Both the position numbers and the translations under genes were made by a program. A model generated the notes under the pieces. That model searched no databases. It saw only the letters and a list, made by a program, of their open reading frames with translations, and had not been told where the DNA came from. A stretch of 36,127 nt of DNA from a virus. Taxonomy: Duplodnaviria; Caudoviricetes. The stretch spans positions 1-36,127 of the IMG/VR virus record IMGVR_UViG_3300048882_000035; one strand, given 5' to 3'. Below are positions 34,469-36,127 of the stretch, piece after piece (within the stretch, counting starts at the first letter, position 1; every line of letters begins with the position of its first letter).

Positions 34469-36127
34469 ATGGCTGAAGAAGTAGAAACAGAAGACCAAGT
34501 TGAGGAAGAAGAAGCACCTGAGACAGTAGTTGAATTAGGAGACTCACCTGATCCTAGATTTGAGGAGCTAGGGTTAAACGAATTTGAAAGTCTCTTAATA
34601 GCAGATGAATCACAACTAATAAACTCTGAGGCTCCAGAACTTGAAGAGGGGGCAGAACTACCAGAGCCAGAACCAAGTGGAATAGGAGCATACGGACTAC
34701 AAGCTCTTGGTGGTGTACTTGATACAATCCATAATGTAGGAGACATGTTAAGTGGAGGACTAGAAGAGGAAAACCCTGAACTAGCTAAAAGAGTTAAGAA
34801 TATAAATACTACCTCCGATCATTTAGTGTTTAACATTAAAGGGTTTGAAAACTATGACCCCAAAAAACCTACTCTATTTTTTATGGAGGCAAATGAGTGG
34901 AATAAAAAACACTCAGAAGGCACTATTACACATTGGCCTACCACCAAAAAGTCTGATGACACAGGACAACAGTTAACTAGAAGTCTAACAAATGTTATCT
35001 CAGGATTAATACCAGCCGCTAGAATAGTCAAAGGTGTAAAGGCAGGGTCGGTAGCAATGGGGATTGCAAAAAAAGCTCCTTCTTCTAAAGTGGTTAAGAA
35101 CCTTCAAAAGTTTGCTGATATAACCTCAGTAGGTACAATAGGTAGTGTATTCTCATTTAAACCTCATGAACCTAGAATGTCAGACTCTATGGCAGGATTT
35201 GTGGCAGATACCCCCTTTGAAGTGACCCAACCCTTCTTTGAGTGGATGCAGTCATCCGATGATAACTCAGAAGCAGAAGAAAGATTTAAGATTGCATTAG
35301 AGTCTACACTCATGGATGCTGTACTCGTTGGTGCATACTCTACCTTTATGAAGGTATTTAAAAGGGAACGGAAACTTCTGAAAGCAGAGTCGGCTGGTGC
35401 TACACCGGATGAACTACAAGCTATCAACGACATAGAAATTAACTCTATAAATAGCGGTGAGGTTCTAGATGTCATACACCCACCTAGTAGAACTCCTATA
35501 AAAGAGCAAGCTAAAGCCCAAGTAACAGAAATAAGAAAAATAGCAAATGATGCAGAGGACTTTGTTAAAGCTGGAGATGTGGACAACAAAGCAGGACAAG
35601 TGGTTCTTGAGGCTAGTACTCTCTCAGAACAAGGGGTAACTAATGTTGTTAAGAGTATTGCACGAGCAATGGCATCAGGAGAAGAGGTTGGTGCATCTGC
35701 TACTATGGCTTTATCAGGTAGAGATCCACTAATCAACTTAAATATTATTGACGACATAGGTGTAAAGAATATTATTAATGCCATCTCAAATGAAATTGAT
35801 CGAGAAGCTATTCTTCTTGGGAAGGTAATGACAGACGCACATGGTAATCCACTACGAGTTGGTTCAACAGGTACAAAGACATTCCAACAAGCAGAGAAAG
35901 AAGGTCTATCTTATGCTAATTACATACGTAGGGCTTCAGGTCTTCACAAAGAGTCACTAAAAAACCTTGCCGATACACTATCAATTCCTGAAAAACAACT
36001 CTTTACCTTAATGCAGGCAGACAGACTTATGGCAGACCAAATAGGTTCTAGAACACTTGGTTGGCAGATGGTACTTGAAGACCTCACAAGACAATTCCAC
36101 AATAGTTTACGAGGTAAAGACTTTGGA
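34469..36127 (+). CDS. Internal virion protein D-like (gp16-like), 3'-truncated
   Basis: GGAG SD, start MAEEVETEDQ...; the frame reads sensibly at both ends (...LRGKDFG at the window edge); synteny. Absent from the ORF track, consistent with having no stop in the window. Confidence 0.7.
   Translation, partial: MAEEVETEDQVEEEEAPETVVELGDSPDPRFEELGLNEFESLLIADESQLINSEAPELEEGAELPEPEPSGIGAYGLQALGGVLDTIHNVGDMLSGGLEEENPELAKRVKNINTTSDHLVFNIKGFENYDPKKPTLFFMEANEWNKKHSEGTITHWPTTKKSDDTGQQLTRSLTNVISGLIPAARIVKGVKAGSVAMGIAKKAPSSKVVKNLQKFADITSVGTIGSVFSFKPHEPRMSDSMAGFVADTPFEVTQPFFEWMQSSDDNSEAEERFKIALESTLMDAVLVGAYSTFMKVFKRERKLLKAESAGATPDELQAINDIEINSINSGEVLDVIHPPSRTPIKEQAKAQVTEIRKIANDAEDFVKAGDVDNKAGQVVLEASTLSEQGVTNVVKSIARAMASGEEVGASATMALSGRDPLINLNIIDDIGVKNIINAISNEIDREAILLGKVMTDAHGNPLRVGSTGTKTFQQAEKEGLSYANYIRRASGLHKESLKNLADTLSIPEKQLFTLMQADRLMADQIGSRTLGWQMVLEDLTRQFHNSLRGKDFG

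Noticed and set aside
1082-35784. All other minus-strand and nested alternate-frame ORFs in the track (e.g. 6576-6926, 12127-12585, 14980-15504, 35164-35784)
   Set aside because: They overlap well-supported + strand genes and have no recognisable motifs; T7-like genomes are unidirectional.

Overview
Most of the genome of a T7-like podophage (Autographiviridae-type, probably environmental or marine). All credible genes are on the + strand. The window starts in the last codons of what looks like the terminase large subunit, then crosses a repeat-rich non-coding region (likely genome end junction) and sigma70 promoters. An early region follows, with small ORFs, an HhH-GPD glycosylase-like gene, several structured intergenic RNAs and a tRNA-Tyr. 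Next come the single-subunit RNA polymerase, the replication module (SSB, endonuclease I, amidase, primase-helicase, PolA, exonuclease, DUF3310, class II-type RNR) and the virion module (portal, scaffold, capsid, tail tubes A/B, internal virion proteins, the last one truncated). Most unusual: (i) three GNAT-like genes, each directly upstream of a candidate ejection protein with an N-terminal or leader-exposed Cys; (ii) a stand-alone ART-PolyVal-like ADP-ribosyltransferase between capsid and tail tube A; (iii) a 1448-aa tail tube B with extra domains; (iv) a tRNA lying inside an open reading frame. All protein assignments come from motif recognition by eye; no database searches were run.
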